From assembly GCA_037045385.1 (NCBI GenBank), contig JBAOHN010000008.1, forward strand, positions 754,481-818,480: a stretch of DNA of 64,000 nt, in the 5' to 3' direction. The position numbers and the translations under genes were made by a program. This DNA comes from Baekduia sp. (GTDB taxonomy: Bacteria; Actinomycetota; Thermoleophilia; Solirubrobacterales; Solirubrobacteraceae). Each line of letters begins with the position of its first letter. Position 1 is the stretch's first letter. A model generated the notes under the pieces. That model was not told where the DNA came from, ran no database searches, and saw nothing but the letters and a program-made list of their open reading frames with translations. Shown here in pieces: positions 47,819 through 56,531 of this stretch.

Positions 47819-48112
47819 CTAGCCGCGGCGGGTGGTCAAAGTCCGGCCCTTGGCCTGCTTGCCGGAGATCGTGACACGCAGCTTGGTACGCAGCGACGGC
47901 GTCTTCTTCAGTTTGATCGTGCCGGTTGCGCGACATGCGCCGTTCTTGGTCGCGAGGCGCAGCGTGGTCTTGTAGCTGCGGCCGCCGAAGGCGGTGGTCG
48001 CCTTTACGGTGCCGCTGCAGCGCTTGCCCTTCTTGAGCGTGAGCTTGGCGTTGAGTGTGATCGTGCGTCCGGAGAGGCGGGCCTCGATCACCGGCGGGAT
48101 GACGACCGGCCG
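47819..48112 (-). repeat. conserved 3' module, copy in P8
   Basis: Same module with scattered substitutions. Confidence 0.8.
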
Positions 48113-49714
48113 GTTGTCGTCATCGCCCGAGTCGTTATCGCTCGGCGGAGCGGGCGGGTCGCTGACGGTGATCGTGCGGGTCGTCGTGGTCGGTTGACCT
48201 CTGCCGTCGGTCGCGCGGACGGTGACCGTGTAGGTGCCCCCGGCCGCGTAGGTGTGGCCGGCCTGCTCGCCGGTCGCGGCGCTGCCGTCGCCGAACTCCC
48301 AGCGCACCGACGCGACATCGGACCAGCGGTCGTCGGCCGAAACCGACACCGGGACGCGCTCGCCGGCGGTCGCGGCTGCCGGGACGCTCAGGTCGCTGAG
48401 CGCCGGGCCTGCGCCGTCACCGAGGGAGACCATCACCGTTCCGTCGGACTGTGCCCAGGCCATCACGACGTTGCCCTCGTCGTCGCCGCTGAGGCCCAAG
48501 CCGGCCATCGCGTAGACCGGCTCACCGTCGAAGCTCTTGGCCATCGACCACTCGCCGCTGTCCGGATCCCAGGCGGCCACGCCGGCTGTGACAGACATGA
48601 TCGATGGGCCGAACGGCAACGCGGCGTAGACGGTCCCGTCGGGCCGGGCGGCCGGTTCGAGCATGCCGCTGAAGATGCCGGTGCCGAGCGGTGCGACCTG
48701 CGCCGACCACCCGGTCTCGCCCGCTCGAAGCACGCTGGCGTAGCCGACGAGGTCGGCGCCGGTGCCCGCGAGGCCGGTCTGGACGAAGTCCCCGCGTGCC
48801 GTCAGCGTCAGGCCTGGGGCCGCGCCCGACTGGTAGATGAGGTCGGGCGGGTTCCAGCTGCCGTCGGCCGAGCGGACGACACGCCGGGCTCCGACGTCGC
48901 CGCCCATCTGCTCGAGCCAGAGCAGCACGGCGGTTCCATCGTCGCGGATCCTGCCTGCGGTCGGGAAGAAGCCGGCGGCTTCCCCGGAGATCGTCGTGAC
49001 GTCACCCCACGCGGCATCCGTTGTCGACCGTGACCTGGCGCGCATCACATGGTGTCCGGAGCCGCCGCTCGTGTCGGTCCAGGCGGCGATCTGCTCGCCG
49101 TCGCCAGCCGCGTAGACCCGGGCGCCGCCCGCGTTGTCGGTTCCGGGGGAGGCGTAGGCCGGCGTGTCGAAGCCCACGGCGCCCCGCTGGCGGACCGCCA
49201 CCGCAGCCCGTGAGGTCGACCCGTCGTTCTCGGTCCAGGCGGCAAAGACCCGGCCCGCGCCGTCGGCCGCGAGCGAAGGCCCCCACGAGCCGTTCACGTC
49301 TCCGAGCTGGTCGGACTCCCACTGCTGCGAGTCGGCGAGGAGCATGGCGACCGTCACCCTCGTGACGCCGCCGTTCGAGACTTGGCCGGCGATGAGGAAG
49401 TCGCCGTCAGAGGAGGCGACGGCGGTGATGTTGCTGACGTCGTCGCCGGTGAGGACCGGCTCCTGGGGCCGCCAATCGCCGCCGGGGTCGCGGACCGCGA
49501 CCATGAACGACTGCCCCAGCTCCCAGCCTGCGATCAGCCGGCCCTGCGGCGTCGCTCGCACGTTGACCGGGGCGTTGTCGAGGGTCCCGACCGCCTGCGG
49601 CGTCTCCCAGACCGGCTGCGGCAGCTTGGCGGCGGCCTGCGCGGTGGCAGCCGTCGCTGTCAGCGCGGCCGTAGCCACGAGCGAGCAGAGCAGGGGGAAC
49701 CGGCGCGCAGGCAT
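47819..49714 (-). CDS. array paralog P8 (promoter-proximal)
   Basis: Signal peptide MPARRFPLLCSLVATAALTATAATAQA, PKD WEFGDGSAATGEQAGHTYAAGGTYTVTVRATD, conserved tail. TAG stop, whereas the others use TGA. Confidence 0.85.
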   Translation of the reverse strand: MPARRFPLLCSLVATAALTATAATAQAAAKLPQPVWETPQAVGTLDNAPVNVRATPQGRLIAGWELGQSFMVAVRDPGGDWRPQEPVLTGDDVSNITAVASSDGDFLIAGQVSNGGVTRVTVAMLLADSQQWESDQLGDVNGSWGPSLAADGAGRVFAAWTENDGSTSRAAVAVRQRGAVGFDTPAYASPGTDNAGGARVYAAGDGEQIAAWTDTSGGSGHHVMRARSRSTTDAAWGDVTTISGEAAGFFPTAGRIRDDGTAVLLWLEQMGGDVGARRVVRSADGSWNPPDLIYQSGAAPGLTLTARGDFVQTGLAGTGADLVGYASVLRAGETGWSAQVAPLGTGIFSGMLEPAARPDGTVYAALPFGPSIMSVTAGVAAWDPDSGEWSMAKSFDGEPVYAMAGLGLSGDDEGNVVMAWAQSDGTVMVSLGDGAGPALSDLSVPAAATAGERVPVSVSADDRWSDVASVRWEFGDGSAATGEQAGHTYAAGGTYTVTVRATDGRGQPTTTTRTITVSDPPAPPSDNDSGDDDNRPVVIPPVIEARLSGRTITLNAKLTLKKGKRCSGTVKATTAFGGRSYKTTLRLATKNGACRATGTIKLKKTPSLRTKLRVTISGKQAKGRTLTTRRG

Positions 49715-49778
49715 CGCTCATGAGGTCGGCAGGCCGAGCGCTGCGGTCGAGCGCAACTGGACGCCCGTCGGATCTGCG

Positions 49779-51452
49779 TCAGCGACCGGCGACGTCGAGC
49801 GCGAATCGCGCGAGCTCGATCGGAAGGGGAGCGGCGCTGCCGTCGGCACGGCGCTCCGAGGCGGTGCCGACGTCGAGGTGCGAGTGCCCGTCGATCACGA
49901 TCGTCCGCTGGCCTGCCGGTGCGGCGCCCATCGCGGGTGCGAGGCCGCGGCCGGCGTCGAGGTTGAGCACCGGGCGTCCGTTGACGCCGGCGGGGTAGCG
50001 CGCCTGCGCGAGCCCGCCGCTTCGGTCACCGAACCCGAACGCCGTCAGGTCGGTGACGATCCGCGTCGGGAAGTACTGCTCGAGGAAGTCGACGTCGTCG
50101 CCGGCGATCGCCCGCGCGAACTGGCGCATGTCGGTGACCTCGTCTCCGGGGGCGCTGTAGGGCCGGCCGTCGGGAGCGAGCAGCGGCGGCTCGGCGAGCG
50201 TCTGCTGCCAGTCGCGCCAGCGGTAGACCGGCGCCGACGGGCCGTACGCGGACGGCGCGCCGAGGCGGCCGCCGCCGAAGACCCCGAGCGTCACCGGTGC
50301 GCCGAACGGCACCGGGAAGTCCTTCGCGGCGATCGGCCCACCGGCCGGCATCCCGAGCCCGGCGCGAAGGATCGTGATCGGCGAGGAGTTGTCGTCGAAG
50401 ACCGATGCGAGCGCGGCGGTGTTCGTCGCGCGCAGCGTGCGGATGTCCGGCTGCCCGGTCAGCGCCTGGATCCAGTTGCCGGAGAGCAGCAGCCCGAGCG
50501 CCGAGTTGAAGTTGTCGTTGCGCGGTAGCTGGCCGATCAGCGACGAGGTCCCTTCCGGTGCCAGCTCGGCGGCGAGGCCGAGGATCGGCACGATCTGGAA
50601 GACCTCTGCGGAGAACGGCGGGCCGCCGGTGATCGTCGGCGCGCCGCCGGTCGCCCCGGCGAGGCCGTCGTTGAGGCCGAGTGCGGTCGTCAGCGGGTTC
50701 GGGTCGCCGCCCGTCGGGATCCTCGAGTCGAGCGTGAAGAAGCCGGCGCACTGCTTGCCTCCGGCGTCATTCGTCGTCTTCGGGTCGCCGTCGAAGTCCC
50801 AGCTTGCGAGCGCGCCGGTCAGCGGTCCGCCGAGCGAGTGCCCGCCGCAGATCAGCTTCTTGGTCCGGTACGACTCGGGCAACTCGCTCGTGATCACCGA
50901 GACCTCGTCGCGGACGGTCTGCGCGAGTCCGACGCGGCTCAGCCAGGCGGTGCGGGCGCCGCTGGCGATCCCGGCGAACCGGCGTCCGCCGACCTCGCGA
51001 TCGCCGAACGCGTAGTCGAACGCAAGCTGTGGGTCACGCGCGGCGCGGGCGCTGAGCACGCCCCAGTGATCCTCGAGGCAGTTCGAGCGGCGCTCGAGCG
51101 CCCAGAACTCGAGCTTCTTGCCGGCGGCGGCCGCGGCGCGGATCGTGTTGCGGCCGGTGATCTCGATCGACTCGGCGCCGGCGAGGATTCCGGGCATCGC
51201 GATCAGCACCGCATCGCTCTTGGTCGCCCGGCGTGGGCCGTTCGCGCTGCGCAACCGCAGGTAAGCGAGCGTGTCGCAGACCGCCGGATGCGCCGGCGTA
51301 CCGGCCGGCATCGGCGCGTCGATCCGGACGACGCTCGCGCTGACGCCGTCGCCGCGCGATGGCAGTGGCGATTCGGTCCGCGCGGCGAACGCGGAGGCCG
51401 GGGCGAGCAGCGCCGTCAGCGCAGCGGCGATCGAAAAACGGAGCGTCGGCAC
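49779..51452 (-). CDS. secreted alpha/beta-hydrolase-like protein (GxSxG)
   Basis: Signal peptide MPTLRFSIAAALTALLAPASAFA. Nucleophile-elbow-like ..ICGGHSLGGPL.. 557 aa. Confidence 0.6.
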   Translation of the reverse strand: MPTLRFSIAAALTALLAPASAFAARTESPLPSRGDGVSASVVRIDAPMPAGTPAHPAVCDTLAYLRLRSANGPRRATKSDAVLIAMPGILAGAESIEITGRNTIRAAAAAGKKLEFWALERRSNCLEDHWGVLSARAARDPQLAFDYAFGDREVGGRRFAGIASGARTAWLSRVGLAQTVRDEVSVITSELPESYRTKKLICGGHSLGGPLTGALASWDFDGDPKTTNDAGGKQCAGFFTLDSRIPTGGDPNPLTTALGLNDGLAGATGGAPTITGGPPFSAEVFQIVPILGLAAELAPEGTSSLIGQLPRNDNFNSALGLLLSGNWIQALTGQPDIRTLRATNTAALASVFDDNSSPITILRAGLGMPAGGPIAAKDFPVPFGAPVTLGVFGGGRLGAPSAYGPSAPVYRWRDWQQTLAEPPLLAPDGRPYSAPGDEVTDMRQFARAIAGDDVDFLEQYFPTRIVTDLTAFGFGDRSGGLAQARYPAGVNGRPVLNLDAGRGLAPAMGAAPAGQRTIVIDGHSHLDVGTASERRADGSAAPLPIELARFALDVAGR

Positions 51453-51495
51453 GGCGCGAGCCTACACTCGACTTAGGGGTTGGTGGAGGAGGCCG

Positions 51496-52404
51496 CTAGG
51501 CGACGGAGCCGACCACGGACGTCGACCAGTCGACGACGCTCGTCGGCTTGACGACGTGCTTGCCGAAGCCGAGTTCCTTCGGCGACAGCCCGAGGGCGAG
51601 GCCGACAAGCTGCGGCAGGTGCAGCACCGGCATGTTCAGGTTCGGGTTGCCGGCGTAGCTCTTGGCGAGCGGCTGCTGCATGTCGAGGTTGAGGTGGCAG
51701 AGCGGGCAGGGCGTGACGAGGCAGTCGGCCTCCGCGTTCTGCGCGTCGGTCAGGTGGCGGCCGGCCTGCGTCAGCGACGCTTCCTTGTTCATCGTGATGA
51801 TCGGGAAACCGCAGCACTTGTGCGAGCCGGCGTAGTCGATCACGGTGCCGCCGAGCGCCTCGATCACCATCCCGAGGTACTGGTCACGCGGGTTCTCGTC
51901 GTCGATCCCGAGCCGGTCGGTCGGGCGGACGATGTAGCAGCCGTAGAACGGCCCGACGCGCAGGTCGGTCAGTGGCCGCTTGACGCGCGACTTCAGCTCG
52001 TCGAGACCGAGTTCTTCCACGAGCACCCAGAGGAAGTTCTTGTTCGCGAGCGCGCCCGACTCGTAGTTCAGGTCATACGTCGCCAGCGTCTCGTTGACCT
52101 GGCCGCGGTACTCGGCCGAGGCGTCGAGCCGCTCCTGCGACTCGCCCTGCGCGCCCTGGCAGGTCGAGCAGATGTTCATCATCACGTCGGCGCCCTCGAC
52201 CTGCTGGGCGAGCGCGAACGTGCGCGCGTTGAGCGTGTCGGCGAGCTCCTGGTTGTGCTCGGCGATCACGCCGGCGCCGGTGCAGCAGGCGCGATCGAGC
52301 GGGACGAGCTCGATGTCGAGCATTGGTGCGACCTTCGCCATCGAACCGTGCAGCTCCGGAGTGAAGCCGCGGCTCACACAGCCGGGCCAGTACGCGACCT
52401 TCAT
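51496..52404 (-). CDS. CCG-domain (HdrB-like) subunit, probable SdhE-type subunit of non-classical succinate dehydrogenase
   Basis: MKVAYWPGC.. with two Cys-rich CCG-type motifs (..CCTGAG.., ..CSTCQG.., ..CCGFP.., ..CPLCHLN..). ATG at 52404 after GAGGAGG. ATGA overlap with sdhB. Confidence 0.75.
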   Translation of the reverse strand: MKVAYWPGCVSRGFTPELHGSMAKVAPMLDIELVPLDRACCTGAGVIAEHNQELADTLNARTFALAQQVEGADVMMNICSTCQGAQGESQERLDASAEYRGQVNETLATYDLNYESGALANKNFLWVLVEELGLDELKSRVKRPLTDLRVGPFYGCYIVRPTDRLGIDDENPRDQYLGMVIEALGGTVIDYAGSHKCCGFPIITMNKEASLTQAGRHLTDAQNAEADCLVTPCPLCHLNLDMQQPLAKSYAGNPNLNMPVLHLPQLVGLALGLSPKELGFGKHVVKPTSVVDWSTSVVGSVA

Positions 52405-53528
52405 GCCTTCGCCTCCTCGGAGACGTTCTCCGCGTTGTCTTCGTCTGTACCTGAGATGTACAGGTTGAACTCGTTGCGCTCGTCGCGGCCGTGGATGGTG
52501 TCGTAGATGTCGCGGACCTCGCGGATGTCCTTCGAGTCGAGCTTGTGCGCGATCAGCGCCGTGCGCGGCGTGACCTTCCCGCGCAGCAGCGCCTTCGTCA
52601 GGAACGGGAGCGTGGAGACGATCTCCTTGACAGCCTTCGGGTGGAACTTCGCGAGGGCGCTGTCGGCGACCAGCGACCTCGGCACGACCTCGGCCTCGGC
52701 AAGCAGGCCGTACTTGCCGACCAGCGTGACGAACGCCGACTCGTGGCGCTCGCCGTTGTTCTGGTCTTCGATGTGGTGATCTTGGCCGGCGCGGCGGCGC
52801 AGGCGCATGATCTGGTTCATCGGCGCGACGCCCTTCGGGCATGCCTCGATGCACTTGAAGCAGTGCGTGCAGTCGTAGATGCCGTGCGGATCCTCGGCGA
52901 GGTCCTTGAGGCGCTCGGCCTGCATCGCGTCGCGTGGGTCACCAACGAAGCGGTAGGCCTTCGCGAGCGCGGCCGGGCCGACGAACAGCGGGTCGACTTC
53001 GAGCGAGAGGCAGTCACCGACGCAGGCACCGCACTGGATGCAGGCCATCGTCTGGGTCACGTCGACCATCGAGAGCCGGTCGACGATGTACTCGCGCTCG
53101 GGCACCGGCTCCTTGCCGATCAGCCACGGGGTGACGCGCTGGATCTTCTTCCAGTGGACCGCGTCCATGTCGACGACGAGATCCTTGATCACCGGCATGT
53201 TGCCGAGCGGCTCGATCTCGATCACGCCGTCCTCGCCGGCGCTCTTCTTGGCGTGGTCGAGGTGGGTGTGGCAGGCGAGCCCGGCCTTGCCGTTGACCTT
53301 CACTCCGCAGGAGCCGCAGATCGCGCCGCGGCAGGAGCAGCGGATCGCGATCGAGCCGTCGGTCTCGTTGCGCGCTTGAAGGATCCCCTCGAGGACCGAG
53401 CGGTGCGGCTCGAGCGAGACGGTGTGCTCATCCCAGTAAGCGGGCTTCCCGGATTCGGGGTCGTAGCGGCGGATCCGGAGCGTGAACTCCTCGGCAACCC
53501 GGCTCACGGGGGCAGGCGCGGACGACAT
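52401..53528 (-). CDS. sdhB: succinate dehydrogenase/fumarate reductase iron-sulfur subunit with C-terminal extension
   Basis: [12 protein letters not shown] (2Fe-2S), [23 protein letters not shown]. 375 aa, which is about 120 aa longer than I recall for classical SdhB. Confidence 0.85.
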   Translation of the reverse strand: MSSAPAPVSRVAEEFTLRIRRYDPESGKPAYWDEHTVSLEPHRSVLEGILQARNETDGSIAIRCSCRGAICGSCGVKVNGKAGLACHTHLDHAKKSAGEDGVIEIEPLGNMPVIKDLVVDMDAVHWKKIQRVTPWLIGKEPVPEREYIVDRLSMVDVTQTMACIQCGACVGDCLSLEVDPLFVGPAALAKAYRFVGDPRDAMQAERLKDLAEDPHGIYDCTHCFKCIEACPKGVAPMNQIMRLRRRAGQDHHIEDQNNGERHESAFVTLVGKYGLLAEAEVVPRSLVADSALAKFHPKAVKEIVSTLPFLTKALLRGKVTPRTALIAHKLDSKDIREVRDIYDTIHGRDERNEFNLYISGTDEDNAENVSEEAKA

Positions 53529-55223
53529 CTAGTACTTCCTCTCTTCGGGCTGCCACTGGGTGACGGTCACGGGCGCTTCCCCAATCTCAGGGCCGTCGCC
53601 ATTCTTCGTCAGCGTGATGTGCTTCATCCATTCCGCGTCGTTGCGGTCCGGGTAGTCCGAGCGCGACTGCGCGCCGCGCGACTCCTTGCGCTCGAGCGCG
53701 GCGGTCACGATGCACTCCGAGACCTCGAGCATGTACCCGAGCTCGATCGCGCCGAGCACGTCCTGGTTGAAGATCGTGCCCTTGTCGTCGACGTAGGCGG
53801 TCTTCGCCTCGTCCTTGAGCCGCTTGACGACCTCGAGCGCGTGACTGAGGCCCTCCTCGTTGCGGTAGACCGCGACGTTGCGGTTCATCTCGGTGCCGAG
53901 CTCGTCCTTGATCTGCGAGACGCGCTTGCCGGTCTTCGGCCGATCGGTGATCGCCTGGATCTGCGCCTCCTCGTCGGCGAGGCGGCCGTGGCCGGGCGAG
54001 TCCGGCATGTCGAGCCCGTGCGCGCGCTCGGCGGCGTGGGCGCCGGCGCGGCGGCCGAAGATCAGCGTGTCGAGCAGCGAGTTGGCGCCGAGGCGGTTTC
54101 CGCCGTGGACCGAGACGCAGGCCGCCTCACCGGCGGCGTACAGCCCGGGGATCTCGGTGGCGCCGTTGACGTCCGTCTTGATGCCGCCCATCGTGTAGTG
54201 CTGGCCGGGGCGGATCAGGATCGGCTCGCGGGTGATGTCGACGCCGGCGAAGTCCTTGCCGATGTTGACGATCTCGCGCAGCGCCTCGAGCGTGCGCTTC
54301 TTCGGCACGACCGTGATGTCGAGGTAGATGCCCTCTTTGTTCGGTCCGGCGCCGCGGCCCTCGTTGATCTCGGTCTGCTCGGCGCGGCTCACGACATCTC
54401 TAGAGGCGAGCTCGAGCTTGTTGGGCGCGTACTTGTGCATGAAGCGCTCGCCCTCGCCGTTGATCAGGTGCGCGCCCTCGCCGCGGGCGCCCTCGGTGAT
54501 CAAGAGTCCGTTCTCGACCAGGCAGGTCGGGTGGTACTGGATCATCTCCATGTCCATCAGCGGCGCGCCGAGCGCGTACGCCTGGGCCATGCCGTCACCG
54601 GTGCAGATCAGGCCGTTCGTCGTCGGCTTGAACGCCTGGCCGGCGCCGCCGGTCGCGACTATCACGTTCTTGGCGGTGAAGACCTCCATCGCGCCGGTGC
54701 GGATGTCGCGGGCGATGCAGCCGATGCAGGCGCCTGTCTCGTCCTGCAGCAGCGACGTCGTGAACCACTCCTCGTAGCGGTCGACCTTCTCGTGGTACTT
54801 CATCAGCTGCTCGTAGAGCACGTGCAGGATCGCCTGGCCGGTGATGTCGGCGACGTAGGCGGTGCGCTTCATCGACGCGCCGCCGAAGGCGCGCAGGTCG
54901 AGGTTGCCGGTCTCGTTGCGGTGGAAGGTGACGCCGATGTGCTCGAGATGCATGATCTCGTCGGGCGCCTCGGAGCACATGACCTCGATCGCGTCCTGGT
55001 CGCCGATGAAGTCAGAGCCCTTGACGGTGTCGTAGGCGTGCGAGCGCCAGTCGTCGGCCGGGTTGATCGCCGCGTTGATGCCGCCGGCGGCGGCGACCGA
55101 GTGCGAGCGCACCGGGTGGACCTTGCTCATGATCGCGACGGTCGCGCCGGCGTCTGCGGCGGCGGTGGCGGCGCGCTGGCCGGCGAGGCCGGCGCCGAGT
55201 ATCAGGACGTCGTGTTGGGGCAT
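53529..55223 (-). CDS. sdhA: succinate dehydrogenase/fumarate reductase flavoprotein subunit
   Basis: DVLILGAGLAG.., ..RSHSVAAAGGINAA.. (FAD histidyl site region), 564 aa. Confidence 0.95.
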   Translation of the reverse strand: MPQHDVLILGAGLAGQRAATAAADAGATVAIMSKVHPVRSHSVAAAGGINAAINPADDWRSHAYDTVKGSDFIGDQDAIEVMCSEAPDEIMHLEHIGVTFHRNETGNLDLRAFGGASMKRTAYVADITGQAILHVLYEQLMKYHEKVDRYEEWFTTSLLQDETGACIGCIARDIRTGAMEVFTAKNVIVATGGAGQAFKPTTNGLICTGDGMAQAYALGAPLMDMEMIQYHPTCLVENGLLITEGARGEGAHLINGEGERFMHKYAPNKLELASRDVVSRAEQTEINEGRGAGPNKEGIYLDITVVPKKRTLEALREIVNIGKDFAGVDITREPILIRPGQHYTMGGIKTDVNGATEIPGLYAAGEAACVSVHGGNRLGANSLLDTLIFGRRAGAHAAERAHGLDMPDSPGHGRLADEEAQIQAITDRPKTGKRVSQIKDELGTEMNRNVAVYRNEEGLSHALEVVKRLKDEAKTAYVDDKGTIFNQDVLGAIELGYMLEVSECIVTAALERKESRGAQSRSDYPDRNDAEWMKHITLTKNGDGPEIGEAPVTVTQWQPEERKY

Positions 55224-55271
55224 CGAACTGGCAACTCTATAGACGCGCCGCCGCGGAGAACCCGCTGAAAT

Positions 55272-55312
55272 GCTGGGGGTTGGTGTTAGGTGCCCCTAAC
55301 CCCAACCCCAGC
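55272..55312 (-). terminator. about 17-bp hairpin downstream of the M50 protease gene
   Basis: GCTGGGGGTTGGTGTTAGG-tgcc-CCTAACCCCAACCCCAGC (one bulge, one mismatch). It lies between the stop at 55328 and the sdhA start at 55223. Confidence 0.45.
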
Positions 55313-55327
55313 TGAACGGCTGGGGTG

Positions 55328-56506
55328 TCAGCGGACGCGGAGGGCTTGGCGGACGCGGTCGACGGTTACGAGCCCGCGCAGGCCGCCGGCCGCGTCGACG
55401 ACCGGGACGACGCCCCACTGCTGGAGTCGCTCCGATTTCAGCAGCTGCTCGAGCGGCGTCTCACCGGGGATCTGCTCGGGCCCGGGGCCGTGGTCGGCGA
55501 TCAGGTCGGCGGCGGTCAGCATCGGCCGGCCCTGGGCGAGCGCGTGCTCGAGGTGGTCGCGCGGGACGACGCCGATGAAGACCCCGGCGCCATCGATCAC
55601 CGCCGCGGCCGGCGGTGTGTCGGGCGCGCGCGGGTAGGAGTCGAGCGCGTCGGTCGCCGTCGTGAGGTCGGCGAACGTCGGCGGCTCGCGATCCATCACG
55701 TCCTCGGCGGTGACGCCGGTCAGCCGCTCGTGGAATTCGCCGACCATCACGGCGCCGCGGGCGCCCTGCGCGAGGAACCAGCCGAGCAGCATCAGCGAGA
55801 AGCCCGCGATCGAGTCGCTCGTCCACAGCAGGACGAGCCCGCCGGTCGCGATCAGCAGGCCGAACGTGCGCCCGGCGATGCCGGTCAGCCGAGTCGCACG
55901 GCCGCGGCTGCCGGTCAGCTTCCAGATCACCGCCTGCGCCATCCGGCCGCCGTCGAGCGGATAGCCGGGCAGCAGGTTGAAGAGCAGCAGGCCGCCGTTG
56001 ATCAGCGCGAGCCAGGAGCCGAGGACGACGAGCGCGCTATCGGTCTCGGTGCCAGCGAGCGCTTCCGTGAGCGACATCCCGTCCGGCGCGGCGGCGGCCG
56101 TCAGCAGCAGGCAGAGCGCGACGAGGACGACGTTGACCGCGGGGCCGGCCGCGGCGATCAGGAACTCCTCGCGCGCCCGTTCGGGCTCGCGCGAGAGGTG
56201 TGTGAAGCCGCCGAGCACCCAGAGGTCGATGCCGATCACGTCGATGCCGAAGCGGCGGGCGGTCAGCGCGTGGCCGAGCTCGTGCAGCGCGACCGACGCC
56301 GAGAACGCGAGCGCCGCGGCAGCGGCGAGGCCGAACAGCTCGCCCTGTGACGCCGACGGGATCCACTCGTCGAAGTTCGTCGTCAGGAAGACGATCGCGA
56401 GCCCGAGGAAGACGAACCAGCTCGGCGCAGCGCCGATCCGCACGCCGAAGACGTGCGCCAGCGGCATGGTCTGCGGGCGGCGCATCGGGATCATTGTGAC
56501 GCGCAC
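55328..56506 (-). CDS. site-2 protease family (M50) metalloprotease with CBS pair
   Basis: HELGHALTARRFG, multiple TM helices, C-terminal CBS-like region. Confidence 0.85.
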   Translation of the reverse strand: MRVTMIPMRRPQTMPLAHVFGVRIGAAPSWFVFLGLAIVFLTTNFDEWIPSASQGELFGLAAAAALAFSASVALHELGHALTARRFGIDVIGIDLWVLGGFTHLSREPERAREEFLIAAAGPAVNVVLVALCLLLTAAAAPDGMSLTEALAGTETDSALVVLGSWLALINGGLLLFNLLPGYPLDGGRMAQAVIWKLTGSRGRATRLTGIAGRTFGLLIATGGLVLLWTSDSIAGFSLMLLGWFLAQGARGAVMVGEFHERLTGVTAEDVMDREPPTFADLTTATDALDSYPRAPDTPPAAAVIDGAGVFIGVVPRDHLEHALAQGRPMLTAADLIADHGPGPEQIPGETPLEQLLKSERLQQWGVVPVVDAAGGLRGLVTVDRVRQALRVR

Positions 56507-56531
56507 GGCGCTCGCCTGCGACCCGTGCCGG

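Noticed and set aside
34012-49714. The ~0.3-kb repeats spaced about 1.9 kb apart as IS ends, MITEs or a CRISPR-like array, or a diversity-generating retroelement or sortase system
   Set aside because: The repeats are the in-frame 3' ends of genes. No transposase, integrase, reverse transcriptase, template repeat, LPXTG motif or C-terminal hydrophobic anchor was found in or next to the array.
52491-55268. 925-aa plus-strand ORF
   Set aside because: It is antisense to sdhA/sdhB, has no recognisable motifs and shows the same GC-rich antisense artefact.
55295-55312. CCCTAACCCCAACCCC as a telomere-like repeat
   Set aside because: It is only one arm of a short hairpin between two genes. There is no tandem array and no replicon end.
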